Shown here one piece after another: positions 1 through 13,070 of a stretch of 64,000 bases of DNA (position 1 is its first letter; each line of letters starts with the position of its first letter). The translations under genes and the position numbers were made by a program. Below the pieces are notes generated by a model that saw nothing but the letters and a program-made list of their open reading frames with translations, was not told where the DNA came from and searched no databases. Location: NCBI GenBank assembly GCA_016618085.1, contig JABLTG010000023.1, positions 62,001 to 126,000 on the forward strand. The letters run 5' to 3'. The DNA is from Neovahlkampfia damariscottae (Eukaryota).

Positions 1-148
1 AAAATTTGTGAAAATATACACAACCTATGGCTACAGTTTTTTGAGGACTGACTATGATTTTTTTGACATATTCTTACAGTTCTAGCAGTTTTCCTGCTTT
101 AAAAATAAATTCAATTCCAGTTTCGATTTCATTGTTGTCTGCTTTCAT
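1..148 (-). CDS. Transcription-type cyclin (cyclin K/L/Q family), 5' part only; runs off the window edge
   Basis: ATG at 148. After removing a gtaag...cag intron it reads MKADNNEIETGIEFIFKAGKLLELPQKTVAIGCVYFHKF, matching the cyclin-box pattern FI..AG.LL.LPQ.T.A....YFHRF. Confidence 0.75.
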
Positions 149-306
149 GTTTTCTTGAAGAACTAACCAATGAAGTAAAACGACCAATGATTTCAAAAAT
201 AAAAAAGAAAATTTATAAAACAAATAGAAACGATTTTAAATACATTTGTTGAAACCAAAAAGGTTTATTTTCATTAACCAATAAGATCATTTTGTTGAAT
301 CAAACA

Positions 307-2991
307 ATGATCAGTGAAAACACCCAAGAGTGTCAAAATATACTTGATAAACTATTGTCAGAAGAAAAAATAGAACCATTTTTAACACCTGTCGTTGAAC
401 AACAACCAGAAATCAAAGAAATTTATTTCAAACAAATTTCTCAACCAATGGATCTTGGAACCATCTCAGTTTTTTGAAACAAAAAATTAACTTAATTTTC
501 AGGATAAATTGAAACAAAATGAATACAAAAATACCTCAGATTTTGCTGAAGATGTCCGTTTGGTTTTTTTGAATACTATGCAATTTACTTTTTACAATGA
601 TCCACTTCACAAAAATTCAAAAAAACTTTTAGGTCTATTTGAGACTCTTTGGTTAAAATCTGATATTTCTAAACAAGTTTCATTTGATAATTCACTACAA
701 AAAAAAAGAAAAAGAATAAAGTCAGAAGAAGTAATGAAAAAATTCAAAGAAACGACAGTGGATTTCATTTTAACAGAAATATATAATTCTTTGGAATCAC
801 CTAAAGAATCTGAAGAAGTGAAACCAATCGGTTTAAATTATGATTTGTATCGTTATCAAGTGGTAAATTATTGATTTTTTTTTATTTTTAGAATTCTTTA
901 GAAATGATGTATGAAAGAGAAACAAAACCAAGAGAATATCCTGACCCTTTGTGGGAAGAATTATCACCAAATTTGTATGAACATGTAATCAATGGTCAAC
1001 AAACAACATCTCGACCAATGATTTTAGATTCCAGAGGTATCTTTATTTATTAATTAAAAAAAAACAAAAAGGTGGACTTTTATGCGAAGAAATGGGTGCA
1101 GGAAAAACGTTAATTGTGATTTCTCTAATTGTAAAAACAAAAGGATGCTGGGCTTCTCATCCAATGTCCAATGAAGAACCAAAACCAAAATCGAATCTAT
1201 TCGAAATGTGTTATGACTTTATCAAAGAAAATGAAATTGATTATTTCAATAGAGACATACCAAATTTTATAAAAGAATCATTGTATCAGGAAAAACCAAA
1301 AACAATTCAAATTCAAAATACAAGATCCAGAAAAACCAGAAAAGGAATTGAATTCAAAACTTTAAAACTATCAAGAACAACTTTAGTAATTGTTCCTCCG
1401 CACCTTTTAAAGCAATGGATGAGTGAATTCAAAAAATTTACTTCCAAAGGTTGTTTGACAATCCATAAAATCCAAACAGAAAAGGAAATATTATCAGTAG
1501 ACGAATTATTGACATTTGATGTTGTTATATGTACTCAAAGCATGTTTACAAAAACAGATTTGATTTTGAAACCATTTTATCAAATTAAATGGTTTCGTGT
1601 AATTATTGATGAAGGTCATATTTTAGGAAAAACATCAACAAGACAAACAATAGCTATGAAGGAATTAATTTGTGATAGAAGATGGATTTGCACAGGCACA
1701 CCAACTCCAAAATCAAATATTGAACTTGAATTGAAAATATTACATGGATTGGTTGATTTTATTAATCATGAACCTTTTTCTGAGAAACAAATTTGGGAAC
1801 GATATATTTTAGAACCATTTTTAGAACAAGAAATAGTGGCGTCCAATAGATTAAAAGAATTGCTAAAAAGGATAATGATTAGGACAAGAAAAGAAGATTT
1901 TGATATTTCAATTCCTTCTTGTCATATTAATGTCATAAAATTGAATCTACAACCATTTGAAATCAATCGTTATAATGAACAAATTGTCCAATTAAAAACG
2001 AATATTATTACATCAAGAGAAGAAGGTGTGGATTATATTTTCCACTCAAAAAATAGAAAATATGCAAAAACAGTTTGGGATAACCTTTTAAAATCATCAT
2101 TTTTTATGGCCGGTTTGGACAAAGAACAACGTGCATTATGTCAAATTGCAATTGAAGATGAATTGAAAAAAGATGATGTTTCAAATTCAAATTTCAGTGA
2201 ATTACTGAATATTCTCCCAGTAGTCAAAGATTATAAAAAGTACCCTCTGAACAACTCAATTCCATGGAATTTATCAACAAAACTAGTGTACTTATTGAAT
2301 CGATTGAAAGAGATTGCACCAAAAGAGAAATGTATTATTTTCACCCAATTCAATGAAATTGCAGCTAATATACTTGAAGCTTTGGATAAAGAAAAAGATA
2401 TAAAATTTGTTGAATATCACCAAAAATACGTAAGAAAAAAAAATGGATTTTTAACAATATGATGGATAGAATATTGCTAAGAGGTCAAAAAACCTCAATT
2501 TATTTGAAACTGATAATTCAGTTCGTGTTATTGTGATGAATATTGGATTGGCAGCTTACGGATTGAATGTTGTTAAAGCCTCTAGAATTTTCATTGTTGA
2601 TCCAATATTAGATAAATCTATTGAAACACAAGCAATAAAAAGGGCTCACAGAATTGGTCAAAAAAATGAAGTTATTGTTGAAAAATTGATTTGTGAAAAT
2701 ACTTTGGATGAATTGATTCATTTAGAATCTGAGAAACATATTAAATCTGAAGATATCATTCAAAAAAGAAAATTAATGAAATCATTACAATTAATGGATA
2801 AAAAAGAAAATCATTTTGAAATTCTAAAAGAAATGATTGATAAGTGTAAAAATCAAGAGAACAGTGAACCTTTGGTTTCAAATTTGAAACAAAAATTAGT
2901 GTCATCAGGAAATTCAGAAATTGAAATGATTGTTGAAAACGAACCAATTATTAAATCAACTCAAAAAAAGAAAGTTTCATTCATGTTTTGA
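307..2991 (+). CDS. Bromodomain + SNF2-family (Rad5/16-like group) ATPase, 5 exons
   Basis: Introns 469-502, 863-891, ~1037-1071 and 2430-2469 join four ORF segments in frame. Bromodomain (PFLTPV..YFKQISQPMDLGTI..FAEDVRLVFLN), Q motif LYRYQ, Walker A GGLLCEEMGAGKT, DEGH, TGTP, motif VI QAIKRAHRIGQ. Confidence 0.85.
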
Positions 2992-3294
2992 AATTACAAC
3001 TCAAATATCAGTAGACTTTTTCAGTTTGAAAATTTTACAACCAAAACCATCAAAAGATGAAAATTCAATGTCAAATTAATCATTTATTCCGAAAATACTC
3101 AATTCAATCAAACTCCAGAAGAATTTGTCTATGAAACAAAACGAAACAATTCAAGAAGATTCAGCAGATAAATTGTTTTATTTATCAAAGAAATTGAATG
3201 GATATTTAAAAAATATTTCAAATTCATCACGTTTCTATATTCTATTATTGGTATAGTTGATGGATTAATCAACAATCATTTGGAATAAAAAAAA

Positions 3295-4092
3295 TCAGAT
3301 ATTTATTTCATTAAAACTAAAATCACTGAAGTTATTAAGTAAAACATTATTTTTTTCATTTTCTACACAAACTAAACCACAAAGAGTAATGACAAAATTG
3401 AAAAATTTGATGTCTGTAACACTTTGAAAGAATGAAAAGAAATTCTTCAGTTGTGAAAATGAATCAAGCATTGAATCAAATTTATCAGAAATTTCAATTG
3501 AAAAATTAGGAGCGAGATATTCACTTTGTGAATAAAACAACGTAATTTCTTTTAGTTCTTTTCTATTTTCAAAAAAAATACAATTTGCGACCTGAGGCCA
3601 TCCATCAATGCCGAATTCCATCTCAAACACAAAGTGAGCCTCTTTTTGTTCTTCTTTTAATTTAAATTTGATTCTTTTTTTTTCATTTTCAGTTTTTATT
3701 GAACAATGAAAATCTGAAACAAATTCCAAAATGTTCTCCAAAAATGAATTCTTTTTTATATGTTGAGTGAATATTCTGAAACTATTTTGTGTATGAACTC
3801 TATCAAGTTTTTCTTGATGAATTCTCTGAAGTTGAGCTAAAAAAGTTTTTTGAATTCTTGTGGTAGGCAAATGTTTATCTATAATGTGTTCAATTAATTT
3901 TTTACAATAAATCTGTTCTGTGTTTGAGTTAGTCGAATCCAACAGTTCACTAATTTTGTTGTGATTTTTTGATGTTGTTCTGAATGAAAGAAACTCGTTT
4001 GCGTCCAGAAATGTGAAAATAATTGAAATAACTTCTGGTGGAACAAGATGAAAATTACAAATTGATATCTTTCTTCTTTTTGATTCTTGCAT
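3295..4092 (-). CDS. F-box domain protein
   Basis: N-terminal FHLVPPEVISIIFTFLDANEFLSFRTTSK is an F-box pattern; remainder unrecognised. Confidence 0.6.
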   Translation of the reverse strand: MQESKRRKISICNFHLVPPEVISIIFTFLDANEFLSFRTTSKNHNKISELLDSTNSNTEQIYCKKLIEHIIDKHLPTTRIQKTFLAQLQRIHQEKLDRVHTQNSFRIFTQHIKKNSFLENILEFVSDFHCSIKTENEKKRIKFKLKEEQKEAHFVFEMEFGIDGWPQVANCIFFENRKELKEITLFYSQSEYLAPNFSIEISDKFDSMLDSFSQLKNFFSFFQSVTDIKFFNFVITLCGLVCVENEKNNVLLNNFSDFSFNEINI

Positions 4093-4319
4093 CAAAGGTC
4101 TATGATAGATCAAAAAATCGGAGAATTGTTGTCCATTGAATATTTCTCAATACCAACCACCAAATACACTTCAACCAAAATTTATGGCAAATCTCAGCAT
4201 AAATGCACACCAGGCTGATCACTACAATCCAATGCACAAAAAAATATGAAAAAAAGCAACAACCGATTTGATTGGTGAATTTCCTTCTTTTCTTCCGTTT
4301 TTTTTTGTATTCAAACAGA

Positions 4320-5836
<1,517 letters not shown>

Positions 5837-5839
5837 AAT

Positions 5840-7226
5840 TTAATTTTTTCTTCCTTCCTTATTTAACAATGTTTCAATATCTTTCCATTTTTTTAAATGT
5901 GTTTTTTTACTTTGTACGATTCTAAGGATACTATCATAAAAAGTTTGATTTGATTTTGAACTTAACAAATAAACAATCATATTTTCTGCATCAGTTTCTT
6001 CTCCTTTTATTGCAGGAATGATGTATTCAACATCATCTAATGAATCACTTTTCTTTAAATAAAAATAATCAAAGAATTGTTGAATCTCTTCTTTACCAAT
6101 TTCTGTTCTTTTTTTACCTTCAAAATAAAGATTCTTTGGTAAAAAGAGTGTGTTACTTTGAGAATCAAATGAAGATGAAATATCAAAATCAATGAATCTA
6201 CATTTAATTTCTCCATCACATTTTTCAATAAAAATATTTTGATAAACTGAATCATTATGAATCATATCAATGTCATATAAACTTTTAGTCATGTTTATAC
6301 ATTGATTAATAATCTTTCTCATTTCATCTGAAAACTTTTCTTCTGTTGCCATTTTGTCAAGTTTTAATAAATAAGAATCATATAGTGTTGCTGAATAACT
6401 GAAAAATTGAGAGAATTTTTTTAAGCATCTTAATTTTCCTTCTTTTTTATTCTTTATCATTTCAACAAGAAGTTTAGCAAAATCAGATTGTGTATTTTCA
6501 TCTTTTTGAATTTTTTTTTTTGCATCTTTTTCAACTTGGAACACTTCAATAACTAAAAAAAATAGTTATGTGAATTTTTTTTTTTTTACTTGTATTGATA
6601 ATATAATCTTGTAAACTCTGTTCTCCAGCTATTTCTAAAAGTGAAACTCTTCTGTTGACTTTTTGAGCATTGTAAGTGAATGATTCAACAACTTGTTTGC
6701 AGATGTTTTGTTCTGGAATTTGATGATTGATATATTTGATGTATAGAATATTATTTAAGCTATTTTCAATAACTTTTACAGTTAAGATTTCATCTTGTTC
6801 ATAATTTTCTATTTCTTCTTCTTCAAATGGTTCTAAAGTAGTTTTGCTTGAGTATGGATTCTTCATGTGAAAGTATAAACTTGTAACATTGTCTTTGTGC
6901 TCAGGACGGTCTAATTCAATGAAACTTTTGACAGAATTGTGGTTATAGACGTTAATTGTCATTTCTTGCTTTTGACGACAAAGTATACTCTTTAACTCTG
7001 GTGTTTTAAAGTTTTTTTGTCTCTTCTTTGGTGACCAAACTTCTTGTTCATCAAGGAAATCTGAAATTGTCAATGGAATAGTGTTTTCGTTGAGAGACTG
7101 AAGTATGTCGGTGGATTCACGATTTCTCTTAAGTGCTCTGACTGGAGTACTGAACTGTGAGCTGTTAATAGTAATTAGATAAATATTGAACTCTTACTTG
7201 GTGACATGAACGTTTTCTTTGTCCAT
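5840..7226 (-). CDS. Divergent protein-kinase-like protein with N-terminal KEN box, 3 exons
   Basis: Spliced N-terminus MDKENVHVTNSQFSTPVRALKRN. C-terminal half has kinase-like IHNDSVYQNIFI and RFIDFD; no clear Gly-rich loop. Confidence 0.55.
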
Positions 7227-7480
7227 ATGAGTTTGTGTTTTTTCGTCTGAGCAGAAGAACTGTGAATAGTAACAATTTTCGATTGGTCATTTATATGATT
7301 GAAGAATAAATCAAAAAATTTTGATTTTAAAAACGAAAACTATCTATTTTTCATATTCTCCATTGTGTTTTAGCGGCATCCAATCGTTTATTTAGCTAGA
7401 ATAAGCGAATGAAATAATGTTTAAAAATAATCGAGTATTCATTGGTCAAAAAAAAAAAGAGCGAAATTGAAAGGAAAAAT

Positions 7481-9464
7481 TTAAATTTTTAATGTGAATT
7501 TTTCTTCAATTTCATCTTGTGTGAATACTTTATTTTCATTCAATGGATCTGTTTCTGCAAATTGTTGATTGAATTCTTCAATTGCAAGATTCATGAGTCT
7601 AGCTTTTACTGGGCATTCAATAAGAACAGAAATTGGGAGAACATCAAAACTTAATGCTTCTGGATCTTGTTTTTTACCTGTAATAACAACTTTTGAGTTC
7701 ACATTTTTTGTGAACCAGTCATTGACAGAAACTTGTTTTTTCTCAACAACTGAATCAAAAAATGCTGAGGCTTCATTTTTGATCATTTCAGCTGAATTTT
7801 CTTTTAGCATAGTGTTCTTAAAGTAAAAATCACTTCTAATTGAATTTCCAATTTCAGTTCCAATGACAAATTGACTTCCGAATTTTTGAATAATTTCCTT
7901 GTATTGTTGATATACTTTGTTATCATCATAATTTGTTCCAAGATTTGAAACAAGTTTTTTGAAAGATGAACTGATGTATTTTGAACCGATTTTTTTTGAA
8001 ATGTAAATTTCTGGTGAAAGTCTTAATTCATATTCAGAAGTTTTTTTTTCAACTTCAATTTTTGAATTTGCATTTGATTGCTGTTTCAAAAATTCATAAA
8101 TATCACTTGATCTCTTTCCTGCTGCAGTTAAAACTTTTTTTATTTTTTTAACAATGAATTGTTTGATGTAATCATTTTTGTTTTGAAATAAATTAACTGA
8201 TTTTGTTTCAATATTTGATTTATCAACAACTTTGATGTTGTTTAAAACAAGAAATTTATTTTTCCAAACTCCATTGAATTCATTTGTATCCATATCCAAC
8301 ACATTTTCTCTAACTTGCATTTCAATTGGATCATAACCTGCACCAATAATATGATGACCGAGAATTTTACTCTTTCCATTTACTATTTCCGAACTTTTTG
8401 GTATTTCAACTTTTCCAGTCAATGAATAAGTTTTGATGACTTTTTCAAAATTTGATTTTTTCATTGGGTCACCTTTGATAAGATCTGAAATCAATCTTAA
8501 ATTTGAAAGTAAAATATCAGGGCTATCATCAATAGAATATTGCCATTCATTTGTAATATTTTGTGTATTATGATGTTCTTTCAATCCACCATTATAAAAT
8601 AATTCTAAGAAATGAGTTGAAATGGTTGACAAATACCTGTCACAGAGTTATTTCTAAAATATTCATCAATAGTAATTCTTGAACCATTAGCATGTGCACA
8701 TTCACCTTTAAGACATAAATATGTGTTTCTTGATTGTTCAACAATGTATCTTGAGTTTCTGTTGTTTGTGAGATTTTTATTCAAAAATGTGTGTTTAAAA
8801 ACTTCCTAAAAAAAAATTATGAGTCCAAAATAAAAATTTTTACCCCTCCAAAAGTTGAATCAACTTGATGAAAACCACCAAAATTTTTCAGAGCAACTTC
8901 ATATTTTTTGATATCAGGTTTTGTTGGATTTGATGGAATTAATTCAACCATTTTGATAAAATCCGGATGTAATTTACGTAAAAAAGGTGGTCTTGAAATA
9001 ACTTTGTATGCTTGTCCTGCGAAGTAAGCTGAAATTAAAGAAAAATTATCTTCAAATTTTTGAAAGATTTTTTTGTACTTTGGGTTGTATTCACCTCCAA
9101 GACCAAATTTTTCAAGGTTATCAATAGCGCTTCCAAAACTGTAAGTGATTGAGGAAGTATATTCTTTATAACTTTTTGTGACAGCTGTGTTGATTCTTTG
9201 TTGAGTACTGCCAATTGGTGTTAATGTAACGTCCTTTGGAACTTTAAATTTCAAGTCAGGTCTTCCTGGTGGACTCCACAATCTCGGATTTGAATCAAAA
9301 TTGTATTCAAAGATTTGTGATTCTTTTCTTTTCTTTGGAACGATTCCACCATGTCTGTAGTCCATTCCTCTGTTTAAAATATCTGCTCCAGTTAAGGTTG
9401 GATTATCCAAAGCAAAAGTTGCCAAGAGAAAGCAACAACTGACGATTAGAAAGATTTGCTTCAT
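7481..9464 (-). CDS. Secreted protein with two tandem MACPF (perforin-like) domains, 637 aa, 3 exons
   Basis: Exons 9464-8844, 8805-8637 and 8604-7481 splice in frame via GT-AG introns of 38 and 32 nt. Signal peptide MKQIFLIVSCCFLLATFA. Two N-terminal motifs (ILNRGMDY, IIGAGYDP), two L(H/V)..F...l..L..Y..F segments and two degenerate 13-residue MACPF signatures (FGGFHQVDSTFGG, FGSQFVIGTEIGN). Confidence 0.75.
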
Positions 9465-9621
9465 TCTAAAATTATGATTGGTGGAAAAAAAACCAAAGTT
9501 TTTACAATGACTCAATCATAAAAAAATGTCAAAAATACCTGAATTTATTCACATCATTTTCACTGTCACAGAAAGTTTTTAATTGGTTCTCAAAAATTGT
9601 TTATCCAATCAATTCGTTTCA
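9465..9621. promoter_or_regulatory. Bidirectional promoter between the MACPF and PLA2 genes
   Basis: 157 nt between divergent ATGs. ATTGG at 9477-9481 and CCAAT at 9605-9609 each lie 12 nt before the respective ATG; a third ATTGG lies near 9582. Confidence 0.6.
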
Positions 9622-11076
9622 ATGCACAAAACACTTTTCCTTATCGTCGTTTGTTTATTCTTATTTTCTGTAGTGAAAGCAGATGACGTAGTCACAGCTG
9701 AAGTTACTGAAACTCAAGCAGTGAAACCTTTATTTTTCCGTAGAGCATGGAGAAGAGCTAAAAGGGTCGCAAGAAAAGTCAAAAAAACAGTGAAAAAAGT
9801 TGCAAAAAAAACTGTTAAAAAAGTCAAAAAAGTGGGCAAAAAAGCGATCAAAAAAGTTAAAAAGGTTGGAAAAACAGCTGTCAAAATTGCTAAAAACCCA
9901 GTCAAATTTGTCAAAAACACTTACAAAAACATAAAGTCAAAAATTAACCAAGCTAAAATTCTTGTGAAAATGCTTGCTGATCTCAAAAAATCATACTCAA
10001 AAGTTAAACACAATGGAAAAACAGTTCAATGTTGGAAAATGGTTTGCTTATTTTTTTTTAAAGTTTCAATATAGTACGGTAACTATTGTGGTGGTGGTTA
10101 TTGTGGTAATAAATGGTGGGACAGTTGTAGAGGAAACAAAGTTGATGGTGAAAAATGTACACGTGGACCATTCTTCAACTCAAGACCAAAACCAATTGAT
10201 GAAGTTGATGCATGTTGTATGAAACATGACGACTGTTGTTCAAATGTCAGATTAGATTCACTTGCTGGAAAAAAAGTACCATGTAATTGTAACAAACAAA
10301 TGGGTGAATGCTTCAAAAAAGCTAAAAAAACTTGCAAAAATGATAAATGTAAAGTAGCTGGAAACTTAATGGAAAAATTATCTTTACCATTCAAAGTTGT
10401 CAAATGTGATAAATCATGTTTTAACCTTAAATTCCCATTCGAAAAAACATTCAAAAAAATCGGTGGAGATATGTTAAAAGGTTTGAAAAAAGGTCTTGGT
10501 GGTGTCAAAATTGCTTTTGGAAGCATCAAATCAATCTTTAAGAAAAAAAGAAGTTCATCAAAAAAAGCTGTCAAAAAAGCAAAAAAAACTGTCAAAAGAG
10601 CATTCAACAAAGTTAAAAATGGAGTCAAGAAAACAACCAAAAAAGTTAAAACTGGTCTCAAAAAGAGATCAAGAAAATTCGGAAAAGTTCTTAAGAAAGC
10701 TGCTGGTGGTGTTGGAAAAGCATTCAGAAAAGTTGGAGGTACCCTTAAAAATGGTTTCAGTTCTTTCAAAAATCTTTTCAGAAAAATTAAATTAGGAAAA
10801 GGAAAGCTCAGAAAAGGAAGAAAATCAAAACTCATTGCTAGATTCAGAAACATCAAACCAAAAAGAAGATCTGGAAGAAAAACAAAAAGATCAACAAGAA
10901 GAAGAACAAGAAGAAGATCTGGAAGAAAGGGTAGAAAATCAAGAAAATTTGGCAGAAGAGGTGTAAAAAGAGTTTTCAGAAAAAAACAAAGTTGTAATGG
11001 AAACATCTACGACAAATCAAGAGTTTCAAGAGGACAAAAACCTGATAAATTTGATAGACACCATATCATTGCATAA
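9622..11076 (+). CDS. Secreted phospholipase A2 flanked by long Lys/Arg-rich amphipathic regions, 473 aa, 2 exons
   Basis: Intron 10042-10074 joins the 9583 ORF to the 10219 ORF frame, giving CWKM|YGNYCGGGYCG...KPIDEVDACCMKHDDCC...CNKQMGECF. This contains the Ca-loop YGxYCG and catalytic DxCCxxHD motifs of sPLA2. Signal peptide MHKTLFLIVVCLFLFSVVKA. Confidence 0.9.
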
Positions 11077-11156
11077 ATAAATTCATAAATTGTTTCAAAA
11101 AAAATTTCTTTTATTTGGTTAAACCTTCCAATTCACAATAAAACAATAAAAATAAT

Positions 11157-11856
11157 TTATTTTTTTTTTCTTCCATCTCTTTCTAATTTTTCATCAATCA
11201 ACTCATAAGCAGGTAAATATTTCCCATCTCTTGCTAATGATTTATTTTTTTCTGTTGTATTTTTTGCACCTATTGAGGTGTAGCCTTCATCATAAAGTTT
11301 ACAATAAGGTATTTTCAAAATTCTAATGAAATTCCAAACATCTTCATAACTCCAATCCAGTATTGGATTGATCCTCATACATTTTGGCCATCCTTCTGAA
11401 GTAGGTTCAAAAAAATTCATTTTTTCGCAATACGGATCAGTTCTTCGAACTCCGATTAATACTGAGTCGATTTTTGAGTCAATTTTTAATAATTCTGAGA
11501 GAGACTCTTTGAAATTTGAACCTTTAATGCTGATTAAATCAAATTTGAATGTTGAAACAGTTTCTTTGATAAAGTTGTCAACTTCTTCAAAAGTGTCTTC
11601 AACAAAATAGAAAACTTTGATTTTTGGGTCGGTAAAATTTTTTGTTACATAACGTGTTAAATGTAGGAGAATAATATTTTCTTTTCCTCCGTTGAAACTC
11701 AATGAAATTCCACTTGATTTTTTTAAAATGTTAATTTTAATTTTACTTATATTTTAGAGTTGCTTCTTTCAGTATTTCTACTGATTGTTTTATTTTTTCT
11801 CTGAGTGTATCATCAAATTCTTCATTCTCTAGAGAAGACAATTCATCAACCCACAT
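11157..11856 (-). CDS. FAD1: FAD synthetase (PAPS-reductase fold FMN adenylyltransferase)
   Basis: 2 exons; SFNGGKEN, IGVRRTDP, MRINPILDW, YCKLYDEGYTSIG, ERDGR motifs. Confidence 0.92.
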
Positions 11857-11908
11857 AAATTTAAAAACCAATCAAATCAACAAACCAACCAAAACCATAA
11901 CAACTTCA

Positions 11909-13057
11909 ATGAATTTTTCTTTACAAAAAACGGAAGAAATAAACCAAAATAAAAGACCGTTAGAAACAACTCACTTACAAACTCTAGAGTCTCTAGATGA
12001 AGAAGGATTGAAAAAAGCGACAGTAATACAGTGTCCAGAAGATACTTGGCAAGTTTCAAAACGGAAAAAAAAAACAGAAGAAGAAATTGCTCAAAACTTA
12101 CTGAAGAACATAACATCAGGATCAAAACCATCCTTTTTAGAACAAGAATCCGAAATATTGAAAAAAGGAGTTAAAGAAGCTGCAGAAGATCAAGAAAAGC
12201 CGAACTTTGAAACAGAAGGATACGGAAAGGCATTATTGAGAGGAATGGGTTGGCAAGAAGGAAAACCATATGGAAGAAGTTCAAAAGTTATTGAACCTTT
12301 AATGTTGAAAGCTACACCAAAATTGAGTGGTTTAGGTTCACAACCAAAATTGAATGCAGAAAACCAATCAAGAGAAGAGGTTCCTAATTCGTTGGAAAAA
12401 TATTTGATGAAAAAAAACATCACAGAATTTATTCCAAATTGTATGATTACTGTGATATCAGGCGCGTATGAAGGATTATTTGGTCGTGTTTTGTCAATTT
12501 TCAATGATAAGCTACAAACCCGTTTAAATGATTTGAGAACAGTTCGTGTCAATATAGAAGACGCTAAGTTGTTAAATATTTCAAATTTAAATGAAGAACA
12601 TCCTGCAAGAAAATTTGCAAGACAAGAAACTTTGGAAGAAAAAAAAGTCGAACAAAAAGTGGAAAATAAACAACCAATCATCAAAGAAAAAAAAAGTAAA
12701 ATAGAATGGTTGAGACCATTTCTTAAAGTCAGAATTATCAGTAAGAGTTTAAAAAATGGAAAATATTATAAAAAGAAAGCTATTGTAATTGATGTTCCTG
12801 ATATTTTTCAGTGCACCGTAAAACTGATTGATGATGATCAAATTATCGAAGATGTATTTGAAACAATGCTGGAAACTGTGATCCCTTCAAAAGGAGAAAA
12901 TGTAATGGTTGTAAAAGGTAAATTTAGAGGTCTAATTGGTACATTGATTGAAAAGAGTAATTCAAAAGAAGTATGTGTGGTACAATTTCATGAAGATGAT
13001 GCAATTCAAAAAATACATTATGACGATGTTTGTATGATCACAAGAGAAACATATTAA
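11909..13057 (+). CDS. GPKOW: G-patch and KOW domain splicing factor (Spp2/MOS2/GPKOW)
   Basis: G-patch YGKALLRGMGWQEG...GLG, followed by KOW motifs and the WLRPFLKVRIISK..GKYYKKK..LETVIP tail. Confidence 0.9.
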   Translation: MNFSLQKTEEINQNKRPLETTHLQTLESLDEEGLKKATVIQCPEDTWQVSKRKKKTEEEIAQNLLKNITSGSKPSFLEQESEILKKGVKEAAEDQEKPNFETEGYGKALLRGMGWQEGKPYGRSSKVIEPLMLKATPKLSGLGSQPKLNAENQSREEVPNSLEKYLMKKNITEFIPNCMITVISGAYEGLFGRVLSIFNDKLQTRLNDLRTVRVNIEDAKLLNISNLNEEHPARKFARQETLEEKKVEQKVENKQPIIKEKKSKIEWLRPFLKVRIISKSLKNGKYYKKKAIVIDVPDIFQCTVKLIDDDQIIEDVFETMLETVIPSKGENVMVVKGKFRGLIGTLIEKSNSKEVCVVQFHEDDAIQKIHYDDVCMITRETY

Positions 13058-13070
13058 ATATTCTTTATTT

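Noticed and set aside
2992..3294. Coding-like spacer (similar one at 62141-62400)
   Set aside because: Only short broken frames with no recognisable motif; a gene or pseudogene call cannot be supported.
10098..11006. 302-aa Phe/Leu-rich antisense ORF
   Set aside because: Mirror of the Lys/Arg-rich PLA2 exon (AAA read as TTT); no independent features.
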